In this document: positions 21,893 through 33,213 of the stretch, one piece after another
Layout of the letters: each line of letters opens with the position of its first letter
How positions within the stretch are numbered: the first letter of the stretch is position 1
Assembly (NCBI GenBank): GCA_033852215.1
Contig: JAWSUX010000015.1
Span: 9,586 to 73,585, forward strand
DNA length: 64,000 bases
Reading direction: 5' to 3'
Source of the DNA: Colwellia sp.
Lineage (GTDB): Bacteria; Pseudomonadota; Gammaproteobacteria; Enterobacterales; Alteromonadaceae
Position numbers and translations under genes: made by a program
Notes under the pieces: generated by a model
Told to the model about the DNA's origin: nothing
Databases searched by the model: none
Seen by the model: the letters and a program-made list of their open reading frames with translations, nothing else

Positions 21893-21998
21893 GGTTGTTC
21901 CACCAAATTATAGCATTTGTCGATAATAGGTGGAAGTAACCGTATTGCTGGGTGTTTCCACCATTAATAAAAGATTGTCCATATCTGGTGGAGAAACC
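21893..21998 (-). promoter_or_regulatory. Promoter with extended -10 (TGCTATAAT, 21915-21907) overlapped by two TCCACC-N24-GGTGGA inverted-repeat sites
   Basis: TTCCACC 21898-21904 / GGTGGAA 21929-21935 and TTCCACC 21956-21962 / GGTGGA 21987-21992; both spacers are exactly 24 nt. Confidence 0.7.
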
Positions 21999-22404
21999 CT
22001 TATCTACGTGGGATGGGTAAATATTTTAGGCGAATTCAACATCCAAGTACATCATTTCTCTGTAGCTATTGAGTAGAGCCACTTTGACGACTTTGCTAAT
22101 GTAAATGTACAACCAAAAAAGTATTTGTTCGGGGTAGGTACTGTCTGTACGAGTTCTTAGAAAGCTAAAGGAAAGAGTATTGACGCGCTACGCATGGCAT
22201 TCCATGAGTATGTTATTCCGTGCACATGAAAACTGTAAAAGTCTTTTGGGGTTAAGCTCGACAAAATTCGATGGTGCTCCCTCTGTTTAAGATCACGCTG
22301 CTAACCTCATGCATATCGATAGTTTCCCTTCAGTTAGCCAATCGATCAACCGGTTTAAATCCATTTTTGTTTTTGGCTTTTTCATTAATCAATCTGATTT
22401 TTTA

Positions 22405-22439
22405 TAAAAGCATATAGCTGAAACTAATCAGCTATATGC
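22405..22439 (-). terminator. Rho-independent terminator of the SGNH hydrolase gene
   Basis: 12-bp perfect stem GCATATAGCTGA/TCAGCTATATGC with a 6-nt loop, followed by TTTTAT on the minus strand, 16 nt after the stop. Confidence 0.7.
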
Positions 22440-22455
22440 GTATTTTAGTTTGGCT

Positions 22456-23265
22456 TTATTCTCCCTTGCTGTGTCTTTCCCGTGAAATTGCGCGTGCAAT
22501 GACGCTTGCCGCTCGTTTGGTGTCTTTGTGAATGGGGTGTAACCCGTCGATTGTTTTCATATGTGTTCCCCAAATATCGAGATAAATCACACCGGGAATA
22601 GCACTTAAAACTTCCTTGTGAAGTCTCGACAGTTCGCGGTAGTCTGTTTCGTTGATAACCCACGGAAGGCTAAAGACGTTACCAGCCAATTCCATATCGA
22701 TCGTTTCCCAATGAGAATACCCGTCAACAATAACGGTTATGCCAGACGCTTGTGCGCGTTCTACAACGCCCTTTAAGCGGTTGACGTAATTGGTCATGGT
22801 TTCTGGGGTGCAGGGTTGGCCGTCCGTGGTTCCTCCTGTATGTAGGCAGTCATTACTAATATCCATCACGATATATTCAAGTCTGGATTGACCATCGAAC
22901 CAGAAAGTAGCGTTCAGCAATCCATCGAGCTGGCTGTCGTAGCCTTTAAATCCTTGTTCGGGTATGTCAAAGCTGTTGCCGCCTCCTTGTGCTCGGCTTT
23001 GTACAACAAACCCCATATTGTTAATCAAATGATTTCGTGTGAGTTGGTATCTAAGACCCTTGTATGAACCTCCTATGTAAGCGCCGATACCCGCTTGTGC
23101 TAAAGCGGAATCGTCAGGAGCATTAGGGTCGACCAAGCTGGCCCCAATGAGCCCAATGGTTGGATTGTCGGGCCAAACGACTTCCTGTGCATAGAGTGTA
23201 GACGTTGATAAAGTCGAAATAATTATGGCGACAGAAGAAAATAGTTTTTTGTTGTTGAACAACAT
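22456..23265 (-). CDS. Secreted SGNH/GDSL hydrolase
   Basis: Signal peptide; block I IGASL, block III SND, block V DGLHP. Confidence 0.75.
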   Translation of the reverse strand: MLFNNKKLFSSVAIIISTLSTSTLYAQEVVWPDNPTIGLIGASLVDPNAPDDSALAQAGIGAYIGGSYKGLRYQLTRNHLINNMGFVVQSRAQGGGNSFDIPEQGFKGYDSQLDGLLNATFWFDGQSRLEYIVMDISNDCLHTGGTTDGQPCTPETMTNYVNRLKGVVERAQASGITVIVDGYSHWETIDMELAGNVFSLPWVINETDYRELSRLHKEVLSAIPGVIYLDIWGTHMKTIDGLHPIHKDTKRAASVIARAISRERHSKGE

Positions 23266-24569
23266 GGTGGAAATCCTTTTTTAATGGTTATTATCTGCGT
23301 TCTAGCAGTGTTTCGTTTGTCTCGCTGGCGCGTAAAGCGTTGCCCGAGAAAACAAATATAATAGTAGACTAATAATATTGAATTGTATTTATTGTTCGTT
23401 TTTAGCTTGCGTTTTAGCGGGTTTTTTAGTTTTGTTTGGAATGAATAGCGATAATGTCTCAGTTTTTTGAAGTGGTTTTTCACTTTTTTAATTCGTTGTT
23501 ATTATGTTATGTAAACGTTGTATAACAAATTAATTGATTTTATGTTGGTGGTTGCTTACAGGGGGTATCTATATTCATGCGGGTTTTGTTGTGATTTATT
23601 TTTGGTGGGAATAAATTGATTGCGGTGTTATTTGTTTGGGTTTGTAATGGATATGTAGGCCTTAATGTTTGGGTGAGGTTTTTCTACTGTATTTTCGAAG
23701 TTATTGAATAATTATTTACAGTTTTGTTTTTTGGGTGGTTTCGTTATCTCTAAAAATTATAATAAATGTAATATGTAAATTGTTTTATTTGTTTGTTGAG
23801 TGCAATTTGATTTTAAGTGTCTACTAGCTAAAAATTACATGAGTGGTGTTCGGTAGGGGCGCTCTTGGGGGAGTTTAAAACCTTACAGACCCGGTCAGTG
23901 AGGCCTGTTGTTAAGATATAGCATTATCCTAGCCGTAATAGAGGTGAAACTTAGGTGTAAGTACTATGCGAATTATTTTCTTAATGTTGTTTTATTCTCT
24001 CCTGTCGTGCTCGCGAATCCCATGTCTCATGGTTTTTAAGGGGGGCTACGCAAGCCTGGCTGACCGAGTTGTTTATATCGTAGGGCCGCAGTAGCCGTTT
24101 GCTGCTGGCCGGTGGTTGAATGATTGGACGATGTATCCGGTATGCAACAGAGTTAACTACATTTATCCTTTATAGCAGGGTTTAATATGGTCTGGTTATC
24201 GTGTTCTACTTGAACTTTTAAAAAGCGTAGTTCAAACTTAGCTAACTGCTCCAGTATTATGAGGGTACCAGGTCGAGACGGCTCTGTCCTGAACCCACAC
24301 TACTAACGTCATACTATTCTGCCAAGATATCGACAAGTATTGCGTTGGACGTAGGGTCGTAATCGACAACTAAAATCTTATTTCTTTTGATGGACTTCTG
24401 AATAGGCATATACTTTTCTCTATTGCTCACTTTATATATCGAGGACCTACGAGCGAATCTCCAGAAGTTGCTATCCAATAAAAGGCTTCAATTGGTTCGG
24501 CAGTGCGATTATCGCTGTGTTATTTGTTTTACAGATCACGCATCTCAAAACATATTGTAGATTTTGGAG

Positions 24570-24675
24570 CCGCTACTCTGCGCGTTTACCTTGTTTTTCC
24601 GTCCGTCCGTAAAACGTGACCACTGCCTCCATTTTGGAATCGTCCGAGTTTTCACGCTGGTCTTTTAAGGCATGA
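24570..24675 (-). pseudogene. Highly degenerate relic of the tyrosine recombinase 3' end
   Basis: 24599-24675 aligns without gaps to 41276-41352 at 49/77 identities by hand; similarity continues weakly to ~24570. Confidence 0.5.
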
Positions 24676-24794
24676 GGGAATTTAATCTTCGCATGGACAA
24701 GCCGCTTTTTGGCGATTTACAAGATTCTTGACCCTCAAGTGAATTCTTTCTGTGGAGGATAGAAGATTTTCTTGGTTTGCAGCTCTTTAACCCA

Positions 24795-24938
24795 TGAATC
24801 AATCTTCCTGGCCTTATCACTCTCCGTTCGTTTCTTACTTCTCCGTCTGTACGTAAACCGTATTGGTCATGGTCGTACTGGTAAGTTCCAGGCCTTCAGA
24901 TAAATATTTTAAAGCGCGTCTATGCTCTATGGGCTGGC
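24795..24938 (-). pseudogene. Relic of the tyrosine recombinase 3' end
   Basis: 24795-24930 vs 41229-41363 is ~79% identical with one 1-nt insertion; translates IEHRRALKYLSEGL...TVYVQTE vs IERGRALKDLSEDL...TVYVQTE. Confidence 0.85.
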
Positions 24939-24987
24939 CTTTCTTGGGTTCTTTGATGCAAAGAACATTTAGTCACCGCTAACGTAT

Positions 24988-26382
24988 CTATTTTTGAATC
25001 AATTTAACAGCCGCATGTTTCGGCGCAAGTTTTTGAACCAATAACAAATGCTCTTCGGCAAGCGTATTAAGATTCTTTTTTTTCAATATGATACCCATAA
25101 TAGCGTGAACTTCCGCCGTCTCCTTCGGCTCAAGCTGTGTCTTATCTGAGTCATTGGATAGGGAGGCTTCAGCCGCTTCCAAAGCCTCCATATCCTGTTC
25201 GCGATCCGCGTATACTTTTGCCTGGCCAAGCAAGGCGCGTGCGCTTTGTTTGGGTTGTTTTTCTTCGGCCTCAATATATAAGGCTAGAGCCATTGTTAGG
25301 GCTTTACCTTCGTAAGCTTCGTTCGCTTCAGCAAGCAACGATTTTTCCGGTTGAGTTTTCGTTGATTTTGAGGCGGATGGAGTATTTTTCTTCTGCGAGG
25401 TAGATTTAGCGTTAACGCTAAATTTTGGCGGTCGCTCTGGTGCAGAAATCCAGGGCTGCAAAGGCTCACTATTTAGCGATGGTGGGCGTTCACCCGGCGG
25501 GCGAGTTTTGGGTGTTTTCTTGGGGTTAACCGCGGAGTCTTGTTTGCGGTTAAAACCAAAGGTTCGCAAACCCGATATCTCTTCCATATGTATGGGTAAT
25601 TCGGGAACACTGTTTTGCAAAAAGCTGGCTTCCGCCGCATCCACCAGTAGATGTCCATCTGCATTTAAGAATCGAATAAGGTTTTTAATGGCTTTAATGC
25701 GCGTGGGGTCATCGAAGTAAATCAATAAATTTTGACAAAAGATAAAATCGAATTTCCCCGTCAACTGCTGCGGAGCCAATATGTTCAATGGCATAAAATG
25801 TACGGGTGCGCGCAATGTCGGTTTTACTTGGTAGCCGCCATCAGCATGAGCATCAAAATGACGTTGCAAAAAGGCCCCGTCCACTTTGCGTAAGGTGTAG
25901 TTAAAATATTTAGCCGCCCGCGATTTATCAATGCTCTCACTCGAAATGTCGCCGCCAACAATGCTCACCTTGTTTAAGTCAATCCCGTATTCAGACATGA
26001 GCATCGCCAGCGAATACGGTTCTTCACCTCCGGCGCAGGGGAGCGACAGCACACGAAAATGCCCAGACTGTCGAATACATTGCGGGGCGATGACCGAGGC
26101 AATAGTTCTCATCGCTTCAGCGTGTCGCAAAAAATAAGCCTCGTGCGTGGTAATCCGATCGACAAATACCTGGGAATGAGGGTTATTTTCCGCTTGATTG
26201 ATTAAACCTCTTTCCAGTAAATTATTTGAAATAATAATTTGTTCTAAGTGCATAGCGGACATGCTTTGTTCTTTTGCTAAAGTTTGCAAAACTATACAGA
26301 TATTATCCTGTTGATTTTTGTCTAATAGCGCCAAGCCGGTATTTTTCTGAATCCATTGACTCAAACGTTGGGATAACCTCAT
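24988..26382 (-). CDS. cheR: CheR methyltransferase with C-terminal TPR (WspC-like)
   Basis: ITTHEAYFLR, PCAGGEEPYSLAM, GGDIS, FDFIFCQNLLIYFD; Pro/Lys linker, then TPR-like helices. Confidence 0.9.
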   Translation of the reverse strand: MRLSQRLSQWIQKNTGLALLDKNQQDNICIVLQTLAKEQSMSAMHLEQIIISNNLLERGLINQAENNPHSQVFVDRITTHEAYFLRHAEAMRTIASVIAPQCIRQSGHFRVLSLPCAGGEEPYSLAMLMSEYGIDLNKVSIVGGDISSESIDKSRAAKYFNYTLRKVDGAFLQRHFDAHADGGYQVKPTLRAPVHFMPLNILAPQQLTGKFDFIFCQNLLIYFDDPTRIKAIKNLIRFLNADGHLLVDAAEASFLQNSVPELPIHMEEISGLRTFGFNRKQDSAVNPKKTPKTRPPGERPPSLNSEPLQPWISAPERPPKFSVNAKSTSQKKNTPSASKSTKTQPEKSLLAEANEAYEGKALTMALALYIEAEEKQPKQSARALLGQAKVYADREQDMEALEAAEASLSNDSDKTQLEPKETAEVHAIMGIILKKKNLNTLAEEHLLLVQKLAPKHAAVKLIQK

Positions 26383-27488
26383 TTGATTCGCCCGCGTCCG
26401 ATTATGCTACCAAGTTGCTCGACAGGATAACTGATATTCGTCTTTTTTATTGCCTGTAGAGCATTCTCAGGCATAGAAGGCAATATTGCGGTATTTGGAC
26501 GCTGCACAAACACTTTTCCGCCTGCGTCCTCAATCGCTTTTAAGCCCAAAGCTCCGTCGCTGCCCATACCGCTGAGCACAACACCTATAGCGTTGAGGCC
26601 TATATTTTCCGCCATAGATTGAAACAGGCAGTTTATATTAGGCGTATAGACGTCTTTTTCTAGAGCTGCGCTTATCATCATTCGTCCGGCTTTCGAGAGA
26701 GTCAGGTTAAAACGACCTCCTGGAGCTATGTAAACATGACCGGGCAACGGTACGCTCCTGTTCTTCGCAATCATTACCGAGTAGCCGGTGGTTTCACATA
26801 ACCAATCTACTAGGCCATGTACAAACACTTCATCGATATGCTGGCAAATAAAAATGGGACCGGGAAAATTTTGTGGCAAATGTTTGAGTAAAATCGCTAG
26901 CGTTGAAGGGCCACCGGTAGAGCTGCCTATCGCGAGATAAGGTACACCTGAAGTCGGGGCCATTTTACTTGTTGGCGCTCGATTAGATGCCGCTGCGGGC
27001 CTGTATTTATTTTCAGTGGTAAAAGTTTTTCTGTATTCTTGTTTTGACTTCATTTGCTGCAACTTCGGCGAACCTGATAAGCAGCCCTTCATTTTCTGCA
27101 GCAAATCACTACCGCCAGATTGCAACTGTTTACGCGTTACTTTCTGGCCTGTTTTATAGGGTAAACTGGGTGTTTTAACAAAATCCAATGCACCGTGCTC
27201 TAATGTTTCAAATATCAAACTCCCATTGCTGACGACGGTTGCGGTGGTAATTAATATGCGTGAGCCAGGGTTGTTATGAACAATTTTCGCTACCGCTTCT
27301 TTACCATTGCAGCGCGGCATATGTAAGTCCATCAAAATAAGGTCGGGCGCCAGACTGTGAGCAAGTCGAATGCCTTCTAATCCATTGTCCGCTGTGCCCT
27401 GTACTGAGTACACGTCTTCGGTTTCCACGATGGCCTTCAGGACAGCGGTGATCATCGGCGAGTCGTTTACAATAAGAATGTTGCTCAT
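26379..27488 (-). CDS. cheB: REC-CheB methylesterase (WspF-like)
   Basis: REC domain (LMDLHMP), GSSTGGP, QHID, LSGMGSDG. Confidence 0.93.
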   Translation of the reverse strand: MSNILIVNDSPMITAVLKAIVETEDVYSVQGTADNGLEGIRLAHSLAPDLILMDLHMPRCNGKEAVAKIVHNNPGSRILITTATVVSNGSLIFETLEHGALDFVKTPSLPYKTGQKVTRKQLQSGGSDLLQKMKGCLSGSPKLQQMKSKQEYRKTFTTENKYRPAAASNRAPTSKMAPTSGVPYLAIGSSTGGPSTLAILLKHLPQNFPGPIFICQHIDEVFVHGLVDWLCETTGYSVMIAKNRSVPLPGHVYIAPGGRFNLTLSKAGRMMISAALEKDVYTPNINCLFQSMAENIGLNAIGVVLSGMGSDGALGLKAIEDAGGKVFVQRPNTAILPSMPENALQAIKKTNISYPVEQLGSIIGRGRIK

Positions 27489-27546
27489 AGGGCTATTCGA
27501 AGACTCCTATTGTTGTGTCGCGAAGAGTGATCAATGACGATAATAT

Positions 27547-29997
27547 TTACTCCTGTGTTTTCATTCCCTGAAGGGTAGTGAGCTCTTCAATTATTTCTAG
27601 CATATCACTTGAGTCAAAAGCTGCTTTTGTCACGTATTGATTGGCCCCAACGGAAAGCGCTTTATTGCGGTCTTCTTCTCTGTCTTTATAGGACACTACA
27701 ATAATCGGCATATTGACGTATTTTTCGATACTGCGTACCTTTGTAATCATATCGATGCCGTTCATGCGCGGCATATCGATATCGGTAATCACCAAATCAA
27801 AATTCTCGCTGCGAATTTTATTGAGTCCGTCAGCACCATCCACGGCAGTCTCAACGGAGTAACCCGCAGTCTCCAACATGTGCCGTTCTACCTCACGGAC
27901 GGTGACTGAATCTTCAACTACTAAAATACGCTTATCGTGTAATTTGTTTGACTCTGTGGCAAGTAATTCCAAACTTGCGGTATTGCTGTGTTGGGTGCTG
28001 CCCTCGTTCATGCGCGTGAGCAGATCTTCAACATCAACGATCAAAGCAATTTCACCATTTTGTAACAGCGTTACTGCTTGCATATCGCGCACGCATCCCA
28101 ACCGTTCTTCAAAGTTACGTGTCACGGCACTCATTTCATCGAGTACCTCGTCGACCAGAAGCGCATGCCGCTGTTCACCGTGTTCGAAAATTAATAAGTG
28201 TTTTTCTTCGAGCGATTTCGATGACCCGGCGATACCCATCATATGGCTAAAATCATGCAGCGGTAGGGTATGTTCGCCCAAGCGAATCGCCAAGCCACCA
28301 TCCAGCTCACGAATATCAGCCTGAACGGGTCTATGGATCTCGTCCACATCGTTTAACGGAAAACAAAAATTTTGCGCACCAAAGAACTTATCTTGACCGC
28401 CTCGTACTAATAAACAATTCATTAGTGATAACGTTACCGGCAATTCGAATAGGAACTCGCAGCCCTGGCCAGGTTTATTCGCCACTTGAACAAAACCGCC
28501 CACACGCTCCAGTTCCGTTTTAACAATATCCAAACCGAAGCCTCGGCCAGACATGTCGGTTATGGTGTTTGCCGTTGAAAAACCGGGCAAAAACAAAAAT
28601 TGCTCTTGCTCGTGCAAGTTCATTCCATCCCACGTTTCTAAATCGGTATCACCGCGTGCCAGTACTTTATCGCGCACCTGCGCCATATTGATGCCGCGAC
28701 CATCGTCGGATAAGCTAATTTTGACCATGCCGCCCATCTGCACGGCACTCAATCGCAACTGGCCGTGTCGCGCTTTGCCGAGGGCCTCGCGTTCTTCGGG
28801 GGGCTCTAAACCGTGGTCTAAGCAGTTTCTTAAAACGTGAATCAAGGGGGCGCGAATGGCTTCCAGCATGGAACGGTCAATACGAATGTGTGTGCCATTG
28901 ATGTCAATCTTCGCTTCTTTTCCAAGTTCAGCCGCAAGGTCGCGCACAACACGTGGATAACTGCCAAAGAGTGTTTCTAGTGTTACCAGGCGAGCATGGG
29001 TCACTTCTTCGTCTAGTTCATCGCCTAGGTAGCGCAAACGACCCTCTGTTTGCTCTAAATGTTCGCTTATGTCGCGCTGCTCAGTGCTGATGCTTTTTAA
29101 ACGCATCATCAAATCACTAATACGTTGCTGGGGAGCTTCGCCGCCCAGGTTGGTTATTTTGTCTGCCATGCTATTGAGCAACAAGCCTGTGCTTTGAGTA
29201 ATTGCATTGACGGTTGCGCGCATGCGCCGCAGATTGTTCCACTGCTCATCGACGCCGCCGATTGCCACGGAAAATTCACCGGCTAAATTTAACAGAGTGT
29301 CGGTGAGTCGATCATAGTCAGTGGATGTTTGGGCTTTCGTTGTGGGGGCGGGTTTTAGCTCATATTGCGAAGTGTTTTCTTCCTGAATCGTTGGCGTTTG
29401 GCTTTTTTTGTCTCCGGTGGTGACCGTTTTTTCTTTGGGTTTTTTTGTTGATTTTTTTGTTTTTTCTGAAGGTTTTTTATTGGCCGATGAGAGGTTTTTA
29501 TCTTCGGTATCCTTCGTTGAAGACTCTTTTTTTTCGGTGCCATCCGCTGAAGGCTCTTTATGTGTAGCTGATGGCGTTGCCAAACTTTTTTGTGGAACCT
29601 CAACTTTTTTTCCTGCGAGGTAGTCATCCACCAACTGATCAAAGACTTCGTTATCCAACAATGGTTTGTCATTGATACGCGTGTCCAGCATATCGCCAAT
29701 AAGGTCGATGGCATAGAGGGTGATATTTGCTAATTCGCGTACACGTGCCGTTGCCTCGCCTTGCATTAGTTGGTGGTAGATATCCTCCAAGCGGTGAGCG
29801 CAGTTTTTTATTTCCATAAACTCGACCGCACGCGCGGCACCTTTTATGGTGTGGAATTCGCGCATTAGGGTCTCGATTAATTCACTGCCCGCTTTAAGGT
29901 CGGCTCCTGTCGTTTCCAGGTCAAGCACGGCTTGAGTCACCGTTTTGATGTGGGCGTCTAGTTGGGTTTTAAATATTGCGGTAAAATCAATGGCCAT
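27547..29997 (-). CDS. cheA: Hybrid CheA with C-terminal REC (WspE-like)
   Basis: Hpt REFHTIKGAAR, HVLRNCLDHG, DDGRGI, GFST, SGRGFGLD, CheW domain, REC VVEDS/ITDIDMP. Confidence 0.93.
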   Translation of the reverse strand: MAIDFTAIFKTQLDAHIKTVTQAVLDLETTGADLKAGSELIETLMREFHTIKGAARAVEFMEIKNCAHRLEDIYHQLMQGEATARVRELANITLYAIDLIGDMLDTRINDKPLLDNEVFDQLVDDYLAGKKVEVPQKSLATPSATHKEPSADGTEKKESSTKDTEDKNLSSANKKPSEKTKKSTKKPKEKTVTTGDKKSQTPTIQEENTSQYELKPAPTTKAQTSTDYDRLTDTLLNLAGEFSVAIGGVDEQWNNLRRMRATVNAITQSTGLLLNSMADKITNLGGEAPQQRISDLMMRLKSISTEQRDISEHLEQTEGRLRYLGDELDEEVTHARLVTLETLFGSYPRVVRDLAAELGKEAKIDINGTHIRIDRSMLEAIRAPLIHVLRNCLDHGLEPPEEREALGKARHGQLRLSAVQMGGMVKISLSDDGRGINMAQVRDKVLARGDTDLETWDGMNLHEQEQFLFLPGFSTANTITDMSGRGFGLDIVKTELERVGGFVQVANKPGQGCEFLFELPVTLSLMNCLLVRGGQDKFFGAQNFCFPLNDVDEIHRPVQADIRELDGGLAIRLGEHTLPLHDFSHMMGIAGSSKSLEEKHLLIFEHGEQRHALLVDEVLDEMSAVTRNFEERLGCVRDMQAVTLLQNGEIALIVDVEDLLTRMNEGSTQHSNTASLELLATESNKLHDKRILVVEDSVTVREVERHMLETAGYSVETAVDGADGLNKIRSENFDLVITDIDMPRMNGIDMITKVRSIEKYVNMPIIVVSYKDREEDRNKALSVGANQYVTKAAFDSSDMLEIIEELTTLQGMKTQE

Positions 29998-30018
29998 TGT
30001 TACCTTCTACAGCTGATT

Positions 30019-30549
30019 TCAAGCCAGCATCGCCAACTGCTGCGAATCAAGTATTTGTTTTATACGAATCAACTGAATTGTACTGCCCTCAGAGACAGAC
30101 AATTTATGGATATAATCCAAGCGTTCCGTTGCTTCAACTACTGAGCTTTGCTCATCCTCGTCATTAATTTCCTTCAAACCCATCCAGCCATCAATAATTA
30201 CGGCCAGCCGGTTCGTGGATTTTAGTTCAGAGGGGCTTATAGACGATTCTGTATTATCTATCTCGATGACAAATAATCGACAGTTATCTTTGTATAGCCC
30301 CAACAGAGGCTCGTCTGCGGATATTGGTGGTGGAGGCAATTCTCGGTGGTGTCCCAACATCTGGCTCAAATCGATTACCGGTAATAGACACCCGCGCAAA
30401 TTTAGCAGACCGGCAATAAAATCGGGGCCTTGGGTCATGGCCTGTATCGTTGCCATATTCAAAATTTCATCAATGTCGGCCAGGTCGCAACCGTAATCCA
30501 CATCGTCAATTGAAAAATGCAGTATCTCCATCTTGCTCACCTGCCTCAC
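30019..30549 (-). CDS. cheW: CheW adaptor
   Basis: GLLNLRGCLLPVIDL. Confidence 0.88.
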   Translation of the reverse strand: MRQVSKMEILHFSIDDVDYGCDLADIDEILNMATIQAMTQGPDFIAGLLNLRGCLLPVIDLSQMLGHHRELPPPPISADEPLLGLYKDNCRLFVIEIDNTESSISPSELKSTNRLAVIIDGWMGLKEINDEDEQSSVVEATERLDYIHKLSVSEGSTIQLIRIKQILDSQQLAMLA

Positions 30550-30571
30550 TCACGTGCCTAAAAAAAGCCAT

Positions 30572-33088
30572 TTATACTTTAAATGCTGCGACAGCTTCCG
30601 ATAATTGGTTTGACATGCCCGCCAATTCGTAAGAAGCCGCCGAGGTTTGGCCAGCTGCTTGCGCGGTCATACGCGACGATTCCAGCAATTGTGCCGCGGT
30701 GAGTTCAACATCCCGCGATGCGTCCGCCTGTTGTTTAATCCCGGAGGATATAGATCCAGCCTGTTCGCCGACACGGCCAATATTTTTATTTAAATAAGCC
30801 ATTGCATTGGAGGTTTGCTCGACCAAATCGACTCCCTGCTTAATTTCCGATGATGATTTATCCATCGACACCAAAGACGATTCCGCCGAGCGTTGAATAT
30901 CCCGGATAAGAGTATTAATGGTGTCGGCCGAATCTACAGAACGGTCCGCCAAGCGGCGAATTTCAGTGGCGACCACGGAAAAACCTTTGCCCATCTCGCC
31001 AGCTTTATTGGCTTCAATGGCGGCATTTAGCGAAAGCAGGGTGGTTTGATCCGAGACACTTGAAATTACATTCACGGCATCGACGATACCGTCCATTTGG
31101 TCGTTAAGTGATTTAATCCGCTCGGATGTTTGTTCAGTGGAATCGCCAATAGTGCCCATAGAAGCCATCATGTTTTCAGAGCGTGAATTGGTTTCGTTGA
31201 CGTAGTTGGTCATCTCGTTAGCGTCACTCGCCACGCTACTGGCAGACTCGGATAGAGCTGTTCCGTTTTGGGATATTTCGCGCAGGGTGGCGGAAAATTG
31301 AGTTATGGTGGAAGCTTGCTCTGTTGCTGTACCGGACTGTTCCGTCGAGGCCGCCTGTATTTCATTGACTGTTGTTGATATTTGCATGCTGGCTTTCTGT
31401 ATCCGCTCCACCAGCTGCATCAGGTTCAGTCGCATACTATTAAAGTTGTTGGCCAGTAAACCCAATTCATCATTGGATCCCACCGTTATTGATTGACTCA
31501 GGTCGCCACCGGCGACAGCCTGGGCTCCGATTAATAGTTGATTAATACTGGCCAGAATAGGGCGGGGGATAAGCCAAAGCACCAGCAACCCAATAATGGA
31601 ACCCACGGCCACAGTTGTGAGCAATAATAACTGATTAAAATTACCGGTGCTGATTTGTAAACGTGAGACTTCGGCCACTTGTTCCCAGGCGCCATTGGAT
31701 AATACCGTGGTTTGCTTTAAAAACTCATCGCCGATTTTTTCCAGCTCGTCTTTTTGTCGTTGTATTTCTGCTTCAACCACTTCCCTCGCGGTAAAGACTT
31801 CTTTGTTGCGGGTTTGACCTGCGCGTAACAGTGAGCGGTATTGATCGAGGCTTTTAACCACCTGTGCCATTTTTATGCTGAGGCCGTCATCGTCGACTTC
31901 GCGTCGAATACGGTTGGCGATATTGATGGCGGTTTCAATTTCTTTAAAGGCGCTGTCGGCGTAGAGGTCTTGATTTTCTTGTAAATAACGCGCTACAAAA
32001 CTTTCACTTTCGCCTACGCTGATATTTAAATTTTGCAGAAGAATGCCATTTTCTACCAATAGGCGATTGATTTCAGCGGTGACTTTGGTAACGTCTAATG
32101 CTTCTCCTGCAGCTTCTGCAGCAGCTTCAACGGCTTTTAAATCTTCTGCTACTCTATTTGAGTTTGAGTTTGAGTTTGAGTTTAAGGTTCTTTCTTTATT
32201 AGCGAGAATGGCTTTTAAGGCGGTTTCCGCGACTTTTTTTGATAAGTCCAACGAACCTAAAGCCTCTTCTTTTCCCTCGATCCAATAGTCGTCCACAATA
32301 CCTTGCACTAGACGTTTGTTGGCGGATAATTCGACCAGTAATTTCCCTTTTAGAGCTTCAATGCCGACCAGATTTTTATTGATATCAGTTCTCGCCTCGA
32401 TAATGTTTTTGACTTGATTAACGAATGTCTGTTCGTATAGGTCGAGAACACTGCTGACTTCTTTTATGCGAATATCAGCCCTTTTTCCGGTTTCCTGCGC
32501 AATCTCCTCACCGAGATTGATGGCTTCATCTACTTGACCGCGCAGTTTGGCCACCAGTCGATTGGAGGTATCCAATGCGGATTGTTCTTCATTGAGGAGA
32601 AACTCTTGCTCGGCACGACGGATTTGGTAGACGGTGGCTTTTATTTCTTCCGTAATTCGCGCCAGGGGGGAATAGCGCTCGAAGATATTGTCTGACAGCG
32701 AGTTTAAATTGCCGATGGCCAGTATGGATACCACGCCAAGCAGTATGATTAAAAAGGTTAATATGCCCAGCGAACTGATGAGTTTAAATTTTATGCTTAA
32801 ACTCGACGTATTGTTTTTGCTGGCCCAGGCCTCTGTACCCTGCACGGTGGCTTGGCCAATGGAACCTTGGTTACGCGTCATTTGACTCGCTTTTAAGCGC
32901 GAATTGAGGCCTTCTGGTGTAAGGTCTGCAGCGATGGATTTTTGCTCGTAATTGCTGGCGTTTTTAATGGCTTTTAAATCGTTGGGCAGGGGAACACCAC
33001 TTTCAATACCGTCGGAGGCTGGCATTTCGAATTCATGGCCGTCACCTTCTGGGTTTTGCGGCCCATATTCACTGTCGTTGTCAGACAT
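30572..33088 (-). CDS. Methyl-accepting chemotaxis protein (WspA-like signalling tip) with a large periplasmic helical domain
   Basis: Two TMs, HAMP (DELGLLA), [35 protein letters not shown]. Confidence 0.92.
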   Translation of the reverse strand: MSDNDSEYGPQNPEGDGHEFEMPASDGIESGVPLPNDLKAIKNASNYEQKSIAADLTPEGLNSRLKASQMTRNQGSIGQATVQGTEAWASKNNTSSLSIKFKLISSLGILTFLIILLGVVSILAIGNLNSLSDNIFERYSPLARITEEIKATVYQIRRAEQEFLLNEEQSALDTSNRLVAKLRGQVDEAINLGEEIAQETGKRADIRIKEVSSVLDLYEQTFVNQVKNIIEARTDINKNLVGIEALKGKLLVELSANKRLVQGIVDDYWIEGKEEALGSLDLSKKVAETALKAILANKERTLNSNSNSNSNRVAEDLKAVEAAAEAAGEALDVTKVTAEINRLLVENGILLQNLNISVGESESFVARYLQENQDLYADSAFKEIETAINIANRIRREVDDDGLSIKMAQVVKSLDQYRSLLRAGQTRNKEVFTAREVVEAEIQRQKDELEKIGDEFLKQTTVLSNGAWEQVAEVSRLQISTGNFNQLLLLTTVAVGSIIGLLVLWLIPRPILASINQLLIGAQAVAGGDLSQSITVGSNDELGLLANNFNSMRLNLMQLVERIQKASMQISTTVNEIQAASTEQSGTATEQASTITQFSATLREISQNGTALSESASSVASDANEMTNYVNETNSRSENMMASMGTIGDSTEQTSERIKSLNDQMDGIVDAVNVISSVSDQTTLLSLNAAIEANKAGEMGKGFSVVATEIRRLADRSVDSADTINTLIRDIQRSAESSLVSMDKSSSEIKQGVDLVEQTSNAMAYLNKNIGRVGEQAGSISSGIKQQADASRDVELTAAQLLESSRMTAQAAGQTSAASYELAGMSNQLSEAVAAFKV
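32157..32183. repeat. (TTTGAG)4 in-frame microsatellite encoding NSNSNSNS in the MCP
   Basis: Read directly from the sequence. Confidence 0.85.
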
Positions 33089-33213
33089 GTCTTACCCCTT
33101 CTACAATCTTGTTGTGTTGCTTTCTATTGTTTTGAATGCCGACCCTGTGAATCGTGCTACTTGTCGTAATTTGAAACCCGTCGCTGTTCTGGCGTAGCTC
33201 TATAATTTTGGTG

